Positions 27,270-41,344 of a DNA stretch of 64,000 nt are shown here, one piece after another. The translations under genes and the position numbers were made by a program. The notes under the pieces are model-generated. The model was given only the letters and a program-made list of their open reading frames with translations. It searched no databases and was not told the DNA's origin. How positions within the stretch are numbered: position 1 is the first letter of the stretch; each line of letters opens with the position of its first letter. Source of the stretch: Eledone cirrhosa (lineage: Eukaryota); the NCBI GenBank assembly GCA_964016885.1, contig OZ024746.1, forward strand, positions 87,234,001 through 87,298,000. Direction: 5' to 3'.

Positions 27270-30259
27270 TTGTTACTCTGATTAAGTTGTCTAAAAATTG
27301 CTGAACACTAGAAGCAGTGACACTCAATTTTAAATACGTTGCTAGCTCAATCAGATCATCGGAGACTATTACAAAAAATATATAACTGGCAAATCTACAA
27401 ATTCAAATTACAGCATTAATAATAATATTAATAATAAAGATAGAGAGAGAAAAAAAGAAAGAGAGATAGAAATAAGGAAAGAAAGAAAGAAAAAGGACAA
27501 CAATAAAAAGAAAAAGGAGAAATGAAAATAGAGAAAGATATAGAGAGAAAAAAGATATAGAGAAAGAGGATAGAAAGAGGAGAGGATAAAGGAGAAATAA
27601 CGTTAGAGAAAGAAAATTAGAGGGAAAATAATTATATCAACAATAAATGAATAAATGTTAATACATGAATAAATGTAAATAAATAAATAAATAAACTGTG
27701 GTCTTTGTAATATGGGACTTTTCCAAATTTTAAATTACAACAACATGCTACTTAACAGTAAAATTGAAAGAACTATTTTCCGTAGGCATAAAACGGCGAC
27801 CAAATTTGAGAACTTTAGTCCAGCTTAATTCATCTTATTTATTCCATAACCCAAATTGTACCACTTAGATCTATTATAATATCACACCATCATCATTATT
27901 GTTATAATTGTCATCATCTATCAATGAACCAACATCAAAACGTCTTATATTTATATTCATATTTTATATATCTCTATCTTTCCCTTTCTATCTCTCTATT
28001 TCTCTCCCTAATTTTATTTCATCACTGGCATTTTATTTTATCATAGCATATCCTTTTTGCTTCTAATATAACATACAAATAATTAATCAAATAATTAATT
28101 AATTATATAATTAATTTATTAGAATAACCAATACACATAAATATATTTAACATTATCATATTCATACCTTCGTATCTCTCTATATTTTAACCACTTTCAA
28201 TAATGTTAATGTTTAAATTTCTTCGAACATTTTTACTTATTCATATTTTCATATTTTCATATTTCATATTTTGTATCATTTTGTATCATCCTCGATATAA
28301 TTTGTTTATTTATTTATTTATTTACATGTATTCATGCATTAACATTTATTCATTTATTGTTGATATCATTATTTTCCCTCTATTTTTCTTTCTCTTACGT
28401 TATTTCTCCTTTATCCTCTCTTCTCCTCTTTATATCCTTCTTTCTCTATATCTTTTATTCTCTCTATATCTTTCTCTGTTTTCATTTCTCCTTTTATCTT
28501 TTTCTTTTTCTTTTTCTTTTTCTTTTTCTTTTTCTTTTTCTTTTTCCTTTTTCTCTCTTTCTTTCCTTTATCTATCTCTCTTTCTTTCTTTTTTTCTCTC
28601 TCTATCTTTATTATTAATATTATTATTTATGCTGTAATTTGAATTTGTAGATTTGCCGGTTATATATATTTTTGTAATAGTCTTCGATGATCTGATTGAG
28701 TTAGCATCGTATTTAAAATTGAGCGGCCCTGCATCCAGTGTTCTGCAATTTTTAGACAACTTAATCAGAGTAACAATTGTTAGACTGTAAATAAATTCCC
28801 CTTTTTTGTACCATGTTACTCTTCACTTTTTCAATTTTATTACTCAAAGATAAACTTACATAGGAATACAAGTTAAATCATAAACTTGCTATCTACGTAA
28901 ATCCATTGTTGAGTCAAACAACGTCGCACGCTAAACCTATTAATAATAATATTAATAGTAAAGATATAGAGATAAAAGGCGGAAGAAAGGGAGATAGATA
29001 CAGTAGAGAAAGAAAGGAAAGGAAGGAGAAAGAAGAAAAAGGAAAAAGAAAAAGAGAAAGAAGAAGAAAAGGAGAAATCATTACAGATAGAAATATAAAG
29101 AGAGGAAGATATATAGAAGATGATGGTATATAGATGAGAGCAAACATAAGTAATAATAACGTAGGATTGAAAGAAGAATAGATATATAATAAATATATAT
29201 GAAAAAATGATGAAAATATCATAATGTTAAACATATTTATGTGCGTATTGGTTATTTTAATAAATAAATAAATTAATTAGTTTAAAGTTATATTATATGA
29301 TAAAATAAAATGACAGGGATGAAATAAATTTAGGGAGAGAAATATTAAGATAACGAATGAAAAATAGAGATATATAAAATAATAATGTAACTATAATATG
29401 TTTTGATGTTGTTCTTTGATAGAGATGATGACGATTATAATTATAATTATAATTATAATGATCATGATGATGTTGATAATATGATATCATAATAGATCCA
29501 AGTAATACAATCTGGGTTATGGAATAGATAAGATGGAATTAAGCTGGTCTAAAGTTCTCACATTTAGTCGCCGATTTTGTCGACAAAAAAAGCTTTTTTT
29601 CAATTTTACTGTTAAGAAGAATTTTGTTGTAATTTAAAATTTGGAAAAGCTTCATATTACAGAGACCTCAGTGGGACATACCAATTTGATAGACCTCTAC
29701 TTTTTTGATAGCTTTGTCCAGCTGATTTTATATTCCATGTTTGCATCTTTTAGTTGCCAGATTTTATTGGAGAGAGTCGTTGTCTTTGAGAGATTCCTGT
29801 TAGTAATAGAGTGTCTATGTACTTACCACCTTTTCTTAAACTCCCCAGCTGTGGAACCAAGAATCGCACATACATAAAATTAACTATAAAATAATTTATA
29901 ATACAAGTGGCCCGCAAATAAGTACCATAACACCTAATACAAAACATAAGCATATAACATCATCACAACCAAACACACGTCAGAGCACATCACCACAATA
30001 CATCAACAAACCCAATTCTCAGCCCATACATAGCAACCTACAAAAATATATAGAAGAACCGGCGCATAGAAAAGCATCTAATTGGAACTGCCATCTACCT
30101 GACAAATGCCCTTTACAAAACAGATGCCTAGAGACAAATATAGTATACCTATGTACTATAAATTCAGGTAGTTTAGCATGGCATACCATTGGTTCCACAG
30201 CTAGGGAGTTTGACTGCAAATAATTCCCCTTTTTTAATGTTGACCATGTTATTCTCTAA

Positions 30260-30262
<3 letters not shown>
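27270..30262. mobile_element. Rearranged Penelope-like element cluster (GIY-YIG endonuclease remnants plus inverted pseudo-LTRs)
   Basis: 27270-27697 is the reverse complement of about 28285-28776, and 27697-28160 of about 29230-29670. Plus strand 30080-30212 reads NCHLPDKCPLQNRCLETNIVYLC..IGSTA. Minus strand 29580-29860 reads GSTAGEFKKRW..H..TTLSNKIWQLK..ISW..LLNSK. Confidence 0.85.
28677..28788 (+). ncRNA. Hammerhead-like motif with ~79 nt stem II and variant core
   Basis: atagtct-TCGATGA-tctgattgag...cttaatcaga-GTAA-C-aatt-G-TT-agactgt followed by AATAAA; an inverted partial copy lies at 27270-27372. Confidence 0.6.
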
Positions 30263-30294
<32 letters not shown>

Positions 30295-30331
30295 TTCGTA
30301 TGGTCAATCTCGATGTAATATTACTCTACAC

Positions 30332-30401
<70 letters not shown>

Positions 30402-30405
<4 letters not shown>

Positions 30406-31813
30406 GTTGTCTCACATGAAATGTCGTATTTGAAATGGAAAGAATAAAATTGTTTTTAAGTGTTTAATTTATTCAAAATATGATCCTTGTTTACATATGA
30501 TCTTCGCCCAACGTTCCTCTAAGGCATATATTCCATCTTCAAAGAATTTATCATCTTTTGCACTGATAAACTGTCCGAATGCTTCAATTACCTCTTCCTT
30601 ATTTAAGAATGTTTTATTGCGTATAAAAAGCTCAAAATGCTTAAATAAGTGATAATCTGCAGGAGAATAGGGAGGATGTAGCAACATTTCATAATTCAGA
30701 CTTTGCAACTTGTGGACCGTAGCTTGAGAGGTGTGAGGCCGTGCGCGGTGGATTGGCAGTATCGGTAGAGAGTCGGACACCATGCTTTGAAGCATAGAGT
30801 AACGTCCCTTTATGATCTGAGTTCAAATCCCGCCGAGGTTAACTTTGCCTTTCATCCTTACGGGGTCGATAAAATAAAGTACCAGTAATGTACTGGGTGG
30901 TTGCTGGCCTTGTGCCTAAAATAGAAACAATTATCGTGAGCAAAATTGGGCCATCTCTATTCACTAGTCTGGGATGCTTCTTCTTCAATCTTTCATGCAT
31001 ACGATCAATTTCCTGATAATATGATGTTGCTCTTACAGTATTGCCTTGTTGCAAAAATGAATAATGAGTAATCCCCTTTGCAGGCGACCATACACTGACC
31101 ATCAACTTCTTAGGGTGCAATGGTGGTTTCGATTAGTGTTTCGGTGATTCTTCTCCATCTAACCACTGTCCAGTCCTTCTGCTGTTATCGAAGAGTATCC
31201 ATTTCTCATCACGTAATGAGTCGATGCATAAATGGATCTCTTTCGAGCCAAGAAACCAACATTGAGCACACTGTAAGACGCCTGTTTCATTGAATCTCAT
31301 TAAGTTGATGTGGATCAAACCTGTCCATCTTTTTGACTTTTCCAATTTTCTTCAGGTGTCGATAAACAGTTGAGCGAGATGTCTGGAGCTAAGATGCGAT
31401 TTTTCGAGCTGTTGTTCTCGGATTTTGTTTAACCAAAGCATTCAATTCATCATGGCGAATTACTGATATGGGTCTCCCTCTCGGTTCATTTTTAAGGCTC
31501 TCATTTCCTGAACGAAATCTTTGAAACCATCTCTGGACAGTTCTGGTGTCAACAGAATCGTTACCAAAAGCTCGCTTAATGTTTCGTAGGGCTTCTGAGG
31601 CCGAGTGACCCAGCTTGTATTCGTACAAGAAAACCACTCGGTATTGTTCAGTTGTCAACATTGTCATAGGATTGTGGGTAGCGATTTTGAATGGTAATAT
31701 TGTCTGGAATAAAAGGTAGTAAAGATTAAACACAAGCATACGCATAATAGAGCTTATAAATGACTGATAAAGAAACTTATTAAAAATACGACATTCCATG
31801 TGAGACATTCTAA
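30402..31813 (-). mobile_element. Mariner (Tc1/mariner) DNA transposon with decayed transposase
   Basis: TIRs ttaggttgtctcacatgaaatgtcgtattt and aaatacgacattccatgtgagacattctaa; HTH region (YEYKLGHSA..VQRWF.RFRSG..L..EPRGRP), DEKW, HPKK.MVSVW, HDN/ARPH, YSPADYHLF; frameshifted; sits in (TA)n. Confidence 0.95.
30745..30934 (+). mobile_element. Full-length SINE inserted into the mariner
   Basis: A box tggcagtatcgg, B box gagttcaaatcc, 3' end gaaacaattat; it splits the HDN|ARPH motif. Confidence 0.95.
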
Positions 31814-32660
<847 letters not shown>

Positions 32661-33329
32661 AGAATTATTCTGAGATGGATAGAAATATGGAGAGTGTGTG
32701 CCTGTAACTGTATCTTTGTATGTTCATGTATGTGCATCTCATGTTTGGAGTAGTCCTTCTTATTTCTCAATATTTTGCTTAACGATCACTATCTAAATAA
32801 ACCTATATACGTTATGATGATTCGTTGCATAAATCTGCTCCGTATTACTGTTCCCATAATATGTATTCATCAGCAAATAATCCAACACAAGGTCACATAT
32901 GTAAGTAAAAACACACTCACGTTTACGAGCAGTAATATGCAACGTGCCCACATAGCCCTAAACAACATCCAAACGCATAATCACTTGTTTTTGCACACAT
33001 TTTGAAGAACAAAATATATTTAGATTTGTATTTGTTCTATTCGGAAGAAATATACTTTTGTTATGGTGGATGTCATTGTCAAGGCAAATCAAATAATCAC
33101 TGAATCGATGCAAGGCAGTGTCTTGAACAGCAAAGTTAACTATTTGTTTACGCTATTGTCAGCATACATAAATACTATAACGTACAAGAATACACGAATT
33201 ATAGTTGCATAACTAATATACACAAATATACACATCCAGTTAGAATCTCACATAAGGAACAATTATATGTGTATATGTAGCTATATATTACTCTGCATAT
33301 ATATGTACAGGCACACATACACACACACA

Positions 33330-33396
<67 letters not shown>

Positions 33397-33427
33397 TTCG
33401 TTTTTATTATTATATAACAATATAACA

Positions 33428-33556
<129 letters not shown>

Positions 33557-34142
33557 CATATATATACATATATATATATATATATGTATATATATGAGCG
33601 TTGGTGTGTGTGTGTGTGTGCCTGTACATATATATATATTATAATTTCAATTCAGGTCAGTTCAAAATTCCAAGGTAACAAAATTGAGAGGTTTGGAGTA
33701 GAGAGGAAAATAAGTAGACAAAAATGACTGACTAGTTATTCAATCGTATAAATACTTCGGATTTACCATCCATTACAACAGGTTTATCCGTAGTGAGATT
33801 TTTACGATAAATCGGAGATATTTTTCCTGGACACTCTTCATTTTGAAACTGCTGTATATTAGAATTAAAACAGACGATCGTGCCCAGAAAGGCGTACGTG
33901 GCTGATCTAATATCTTTTGTGTACATATAAGGACACTTTTTGCTTTCATGTGTCGTCGTGTTTGTATTTAAACGCATGCATGTACCCAAACTGCACCTGA
34001 GTGGCTGGTTTGTAGTGTTTATATGTGTGTGTATATATAAGGATGTATGTGTCTGTAAGCATACATGTAATTTGATTGTGTATGTACGCATATGCATACA
34101 TTGATGTGCCTATTTGTAAATGTACGATCGGCTTGTCCTAGA

Positions 34143-34720
34143 TTAGCCACTGTGTTTTGTTTTGTTTTCCATTCTGTTATTAATGGCATTCCTTAGTTCC
34201 TTAATCAGAAAGGCTTCATTGATTCGCAGGGAGCCTATACTGTATTCCGTGGCCAGGATTGGATGGGTTATATTATAATCCCTGCTGGTGCATTTGAGAA
34301 TATAAATTGTTGATATATCTTGTAGAAAGACGATAAGTGTGTTATGTGTACTGCTACTCTGATATGCAATATTCCAATAGTGTAGCTGATGTGGAATTGA
34401 ATGCACTTGTTATCTCTACCCTGTGACGTGGAGATAGACGCTGGATAGCCGTTTGCTTCCAATATATTCCAGAGTCAATGTATCGGCATGCAGGAGATTT
34501 CGGTTTTGTTGGACACCCTTTTAACACTATTGGGGACGATAGATTTCTTGTGCTCTGCACGCTAAATTCGTCTTAAATTCATTACTTTCTGTGATGTCCA
34601 GTCGAAAATGGTAAGTCGAGATGGGCGAGCATCTGTAGACGGAGTGTTCTTCTATCCGGAACATAATGTTTTCGTACACGTTGTTGAACGACTCGAATAA
34701 TCCGTTAGCTTTATTGAGCG
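34143..34720 (-). pseudogene. Decayed Penelope-like RT thumb and endonuclease C-terminus
   Basis: FESFNNVYENI.F..E, ANGYP and IL..E.....LRINEAFLIKEL...IN.R.E; resembles 10010-10375. Confidence 0.7.
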
Positions 34721-37700
34721 GAAATGTTAGGATAGGGATACCGTCTACAGAGATCAGGTCTACTCCTGTGATCAATCATGTCGGGTTTACTGCTCCTCTC
34801 ATACTGATATGGAGACCCACTGCTGAGAACCTATGATTCCTGCGACTCCTTCCTCTAAAAATGATGATGGTGCGTGGTCAAACATATTTATATCTCATTA
34901 CAGACAAATAGCGTCAGTGATATTGTTGCAAATGGTGCGATAAAACGTTCAGTGCCATGTAATAAATCATAAATGTAGAGTGATTTTTACCATTTTGAGT
35001 GTCCTTTTTTAGCTAAATTGAACCTTCCATGCATTAATGTTTCGCAGACACTTACATATACATAAACTCAAAGACACAATCTCCCACACATATACTTCTT
35101 GATATATGTGCTTATGTGTAAGTATATACCTTATATTTTTCAGTCATTTGATTGTGAACATGTTCGGGAACTAGATAAAGGAAATTAAATCGACCATTGT
35201 TGCAAAGCCTGAGCATGTTAGCCTTAAGCAAGGCACCTTAAATCATGTTGGTCGAACACACGCAGTTGGAGAAAAACAGTTGCGTTTTGACCGGTTTCGC
35301 AAATAAATCAACGCCTATTGTATTTCCCTTGGACAGCATCAGTGTGCTGAAATATGGTAATCTTGTATGCTTCAGCAGCCTCTAGTTTTCCACAAAACAC
35401 ACTGCCGTGATTTGTGATTCAGAGAAGCATGTCCATGTCCACGCATTGTCTTTCATAGCTGAATGATTCTCTTTCCTGCTTTTTAGCCCGCAATTTTGGT
35501 TACTATTTTACACTATCTGTAGTGTTATTGATTCATCTTATATCGGGGCAGCTTATTGTACACTATGGAATCATATATTATTAACTACGAAAACAGTCAC
35601 TAATGAAAACATACTTGATTTCATTGTTACTATAATATTTGGGATATTATATAGGTGAAGGGATAAATCTAAGAGATTAGTAAAGAAATCTTGCTGGATA
35701 CATTTGTGATTGGATGTTGGGGAAATTTACGATTTCCAATTTTGGTAGCTTTGTATATTTCTAATAAGATAGTTTGCAGACAAATGTGAGTTTTTAGAAG
35801 TGAAATAAGAGCCGAATTTGTTGGCTTCCCATGATGAATGATAAATAAATTATGTTTTATGTTGATGATGTTTCTGATAAGAATTTATTATTCCGCTTGG
35901 CAAGAGATAATTGTTACTTCTCATGTCGAGACAGAAAATAAACAATACTTAAAATATTTTTACTTCTCCTCACGTGCATGAGACGGCAATCGGCTTATTA
36001 TTTAAAATACAGGAATATTTGTTTACACTAAGAGATATTTCTTGATTTAGATCCGTTTATAATCTGTTTTATGGAGAAAGTTATTTATTTTCCCAGCTCA
36101 TAAATTATTGAAAGATGAACAGCCTATAGGAATTTATAAAACAAAAATGCTAGATTTTGAAATAAGTAACCAGCATTGGCCAACATGGTATTAGAAATAA
36201 GCTGACGGTTCGTACACCTGTTTTTCGGAATGTATTCACGTTTAGCATATTATGGCATTTAATTTCTTTCAGGGTCTAACAGTGTATTCATGCTTAATGG
36301 TATTTGTCTTGCCAATTTATATTCAGAAATTTTGTGTCTTAAAATAAATTATTTGCATGACGTGACATGGCCCATGTGTGCATTTAGTTAAATTCAGTAT
36401 TTTGCAAATATGTAGCCTGGATTCCATGCTGAGGATGACGGAATCCTTTCCCATATCTATCTAGGGGCTCTCGAGATATAACGAGTGGCTGAATATTCAC
36501 AACTCTCTTGCAGTGAACGCTATAAAACCACTACTAATATATTATTTTTAGTTCATGTCCGATTGTAAATCATTATAGTGAAATGTTAGTTTGGGGTACA
36601 ATTTAACTGATCACTAACAAATAAACCCTAATATAGCCTTAGGCGCATAGCCCTGATATGTTAAACCTGTTGGAGCTCAACACTCTCAAGGGTTCAACGT
36701 AGCCGATATTTTACATAGAGAGAAAAAGGATAAGAAAGAAAGACAGAAAAAAGAAAGTCGTCGAACTATCTTCATTACAGAATATGTATTTATAGATCAC
36801 GAAAAGATAAAAGGCAAAGTTGACCTCACCTAAATTTGAACTGAAAACGCGGCCAGCAGAAATGAATAACACAAACCCGTCTTTCCGCCGCTCTTATACC
36901 AAATCGAATCTTTTATTTTCTGTATTTTCAATATTGGTAATTTGTTGATAATCACTCAGTTATTTTTTGTTAAAGAATTATTCAAATATTGGCATATGAC
37001 AATGTCAATTAATACTTTGTAAACAAATCATGATTTGAAATCCATTAAATACGCTATAGAATATAGTGTGTACGAAAATGCATTAATGAATTTTTCATCC
37101 TATATTTTCTAAATTTTATACATAAACTATGTTTGATTTATGTCTGTCTGCTATGTGTAAACATATTCATGTAAATTTGTAACATATTTCTTGCCTGTCA
37201 TTTGTCTGCAGAGATCTGACAATTTCAATATGCATAGTGTAAATTTGGTGATTGAAATAATGTTTGAATATGTAATGATTCGGGACATGAATACGTCTCA
37301 TTTTTATGAATTATATGAATTTTGTTATTAAGTTAATACTAATTTTATTGACAGAAAGAAACAAATGAAAGTATGAGATTACAGTAGTGGTTCGACAAAA
37401 TATTTGTTATAATTGTGATAAGGGACTTTTTCTGGATCCGTTGTATTCATCTTTGAGGAACTGCACCCACCGAAGTTAATGGATATAATAAAAAATAAAT
37501 CAGCAACATTAAGATAACACTAAATAGAGGGTTACCTACATATAATACGTAAAACAACATATAAGTATTCGGCAAGAATGCCACATATAATAATAATATT
37601 AGAGGAACTGCATACATAAATACCAGTCCTAATGATGAGAGTGTGAGAGTCTGAAAACGTCAGTTGAATCGAAGGCGTAAGGAACGTTTTTGCCCCAGCC

Positions 37701-38364
37701 GAACTGTTGAGGCTGTTTTAGAGAATGCCATAATGTACTAATAAGGAAATGAAATATAATATCTTTGAACAGAAAACGCATACACACAAAAACCACATAT
37801 ACTCGTACACATACATGCACGCAATCTCAAAATGAGTATTAAATGATATCAAGTAACTACACCTTTCCTGTTATTGATTCACGCCAGTGGGTTGTGAACA
37901 AAGTGTGTGGTCCCGGGCTTAGTTGTGTCGTTTTATCTCCTTGCTATTTTCAAACGTTTAATTTTGACTTCTTTTACCATATAGGTATTTATAAGAACAT
38001 CTATAACCTATATTTCATTACAAACTATGTAATATGCATTAGGTAATACAATGTACATGCAGGAATCCCTGAGTCGACCTGAGAAACCCCTGCGTTTCGT
38101 AAGAGTTTATATATTTCGAATTCCGTCGGATGGATTATTCTTTCGTTTGAAAGGCTAGTCGTACCACACAGTGTCAGGCCTATATCAGTAAGTATTACGT
38201 TAGGGGTACAAGAATACACGTGTTTGTGAAATGCTCAGTTGCTTGTACATTATTTCACAACACGGCTCTACAGTTGAATTTACTACGAGAACACTGATAA
38301 TACAACTCGGTGGTTTACCATTCCCTTCCAGGTGACACTGTGTGCAAGTTGATTATTTTATGGT

Positions 38365-38690
38365 TATATCATAAGACTTATGACTGGTAATTGGCTCAGC
38401 AACCGTATCTGTATCAATGAGCTGCTCAACATTACCAAATTTAGACCACTTACATCAATTGTCAAGTCAAGAGTACTCAAATTATACGGCCATATAAAAA
38501 GATCAACTTGTGGTCTGAGTAGGTTGTGCCTGTATGGAAGGTTGGCTGGTGAGAAACGAAGAGGCCGGCAGCCAAACCGATGGCTTGACAATGTCAACTT
38601 ATTGAATGGACTTTCTCCTTAAACTCTGCTGCTGGTGATCGAACTTTGTGGAGAAAAATATCACTTCTTAATGCGCAGTTTGCGGAGTTT
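38365..38690 (+). pseudogene. RTE-clade LINE C-terminal fragment
   Basis: W..RI...ELL..IVKSRVLKLYGHIKR..L.GRL.G.KRRGRQPNRWLDNV. Confidence 0.8.
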
Positions 38691-40391
38691 AAGGTCACAG
38701 GGAGAAGAATAAATATAGCATAAACGAATTATAGTAAACTATTTTCCTTACAAAGTTTATAGACACATTCCTTACAAATGTTATATAGATACTTTTTACT
38801 GGTTTCAATTATTACAAACTTGAGATAGCACGCTGTTACAAACATCATCACGTCCGCTCTGGCTAATCAAAAGGCAGATATTATTGGATATTAAAAAAAA
38901 ACATACATATTTTATCAGCCTCAATGTGACAACCATGATAATAAAACATCCGCTAACATGAACTACGTTTCTATATGAAATACATGCACGATGTTTTCTT
39001 AAATATCCTTCGTTTTTTTCTTAATTTTCCTCGAAATGCTGACCTGTGTTATATCCTCTTTAACATTTGGCGGGGGAGGAAATGTAGTATTAGCAGATGC
39101 TGATTAGAATGTGCAACATTCGCCTGAAATTGTGAGAGCTAATTCTTTCTAAGCTATAATTTTGTTGCATTGATTTTTTCTGAATATTCTCATCGCTAGG
39201 TGAAGAAGCATTTTGTTTTCCATGTTGAACGTTATTGATGATATCAATTTTCTCAACAAGTTAGAAAATATTAGTGATTCTGAAATTCAAACCACGAAAT
39301 TTTACCATGTTTTTAAAAAGAAAAAAACTTAAATTCTGACGTTGTTTTAAGCTTAATTTTCTGGTTTAATATAAGTTTTGAATGCTATTAATTGATTTTT
39401 GTTTTATATTATACACTAGTATCCATACACCGTGAAACTTCTCACATGAATGGGGATTGCAGAATCTCTAATTAATATCAACTAACCTTTTTTAACAATT
39501 TTCCAATATGAAATACATATGCGAATGGAAGCGAAAATGATTTCAGCGGATTCGGACAGTAATTTCTATTTAGAATTATTTGGAGAAGCTAAAGAAATAA
39601 AATGATAAAGAAGAAATATTGATACACAATTTAGACTGATATTTGAAATTACGAGAGTTGAAGTCGGAAATGTGACATTGAATGCTAAACAATGTTTAGA
39701 TATTCTCGACTGACATTGAAGCAAATGATTCTTGAATACAAAATACCTTACTTATTGAACAGTACTCAGCTTGAATTTTATCTGTCTACAAAACTATTGT
39801 TCATCGGAAAATTATCGTGTTGTTCGTTGACACATATTTTCTCTTGTGAAGTGCAAAATATTAAATAATCAATTATTAACGATTTGTGTAATATACAAAA
39901 TAAAATGTTGAACACGAATAAATATAGAATGATAATTAATGTTGCGACGTATGAGTATACTCGTTATAGAAATTGTAGAATTAATCACTATTTCAAATAT
40001 TTTTCCAATGAGAGTGTATTATAAATTGAAATATATTATTAACACAATACTATTTATAAAGGAAGCTGATCGGCTCTGACTTTAGAGTGTCAAACAAAAT
40101 GCTTCGAGGTAATTTATAGACGTTTGAGCACAAAGCACGTTGCAGTAAGGGTAGCCATTCAAACTTCCGTAACAGTGAAGTAATACGTTCAATTCTATCA
40201 ATTTATTCGCACTCCATTAAACATTTTGTATTGTGCCTACATGCTAAGAATAATGATTAGAAAATAAATGGGTAGGTAGAATTGTTAGTGGATTGAAACT
40301 ATACATTGATGTATTTACTTACAAGAAAATTAACATCTGAGTAGCAAACCGACCGATGTGAATTGTGCTATTGAATAACACGAGAGATGGA

Positions 40392-40619
40392 TTAACCATT
40401 TAGCATTTAAACCGGCCGTATTCGGCCAGAATTCTCTCAGCTCTTTCTGTGCAAATCAGCCATTACCAGCTGCTCATCTGATGTTCAGGGATTTTTCTCA
40501 AAGTAAAGAATATCAAAATATGATAGATTTGATATCATTTGAGATAATTATGTGAGGTAGAAACTTTACCGTGAAAATACAATAGTAAATATAGAGTACT
40601 GTAAATGCTAAAGCTTTAA
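40392..40619. mobile_element. Possible TTAA-flanked MITE
   Basis: Imperfect TIRs ttaa-ccatttagcattta ... taaatgctaaagct-ttaa. Confidence 0.4.
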
Positions 40620-41067
40620 ACCGGATATATGTGCCTGCAAAACATGTGGCATATTTGCAATTACTATCAGCTATCTGCAAGTTACCACATAATATGCAGA
40701 TAGCTGATTTTATCGTTAGCTTTTGTGTAATATGGTCAGCAAGTAGGATAACCTATAAGTATTAATTTTCCCCTATATGAATAAGTCACGAGCTATGACG
40801 AAATTCAACGTTCGCTCTTATATATAATAACATGCATCATCTTTTCACACCTTTCCCCAGAAAGCAACAACTACATCAATCTAGACATCTCATTATATTA
40901 CTGTGGGAATTCTATGAGTCGCGACCTCGAAAGAATTCCCCAATATTGTCAGGTTTATCTTTTCAATCTATCTAGAAAATACATACTTATATAAATAAAC
41001 ACAAGCACAACGCCATTCAAGAACACCCCGTCGTATGTCACTCTGATGAAATATGAATATCACACAA

Positions 41068-41249
41068 ATAATTGTTTCTACTTTTGGCACAAGGCCAGCA
41101 ATTACCCAGTGCATTACTGGTACTTTATTTTATCGACCCCGTAAGGATGAAAGACAAAGTCAACCTCGGCGGGATTTGAACTCAGATCGTAAAGGGACGT
41201 AACTATGGAAAGCATGGCGTCAGACCCTCTACCGATACTGCCAATCCAC
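41068..41249 (-). mobile_element. tRNA-derived SINE (main family)
   Basis: Family core sequence. Confidence 0.92.
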
Positions 41250-41344
41250 AAATAATGCCACCAAGGCCGTTTCAAAAACTAGAGTTACAATCATCGAATA
41301 GAAACACTTCCAAAATATTGCCCCATTCTATGAGACCAGATTAT

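Noticed and set aside
28203-28637. Hydrophobic F/L/S-rich ORFs resembling membrane proteins
   Set aside because: They are translations of the pyrimidine-rich UTR of the Penelope-like element.
30745-30835. tRNA gene
   Set aside because: A and B boxes are present, but I could not fold a cloverleaf and the sequence continues into the SINE body.
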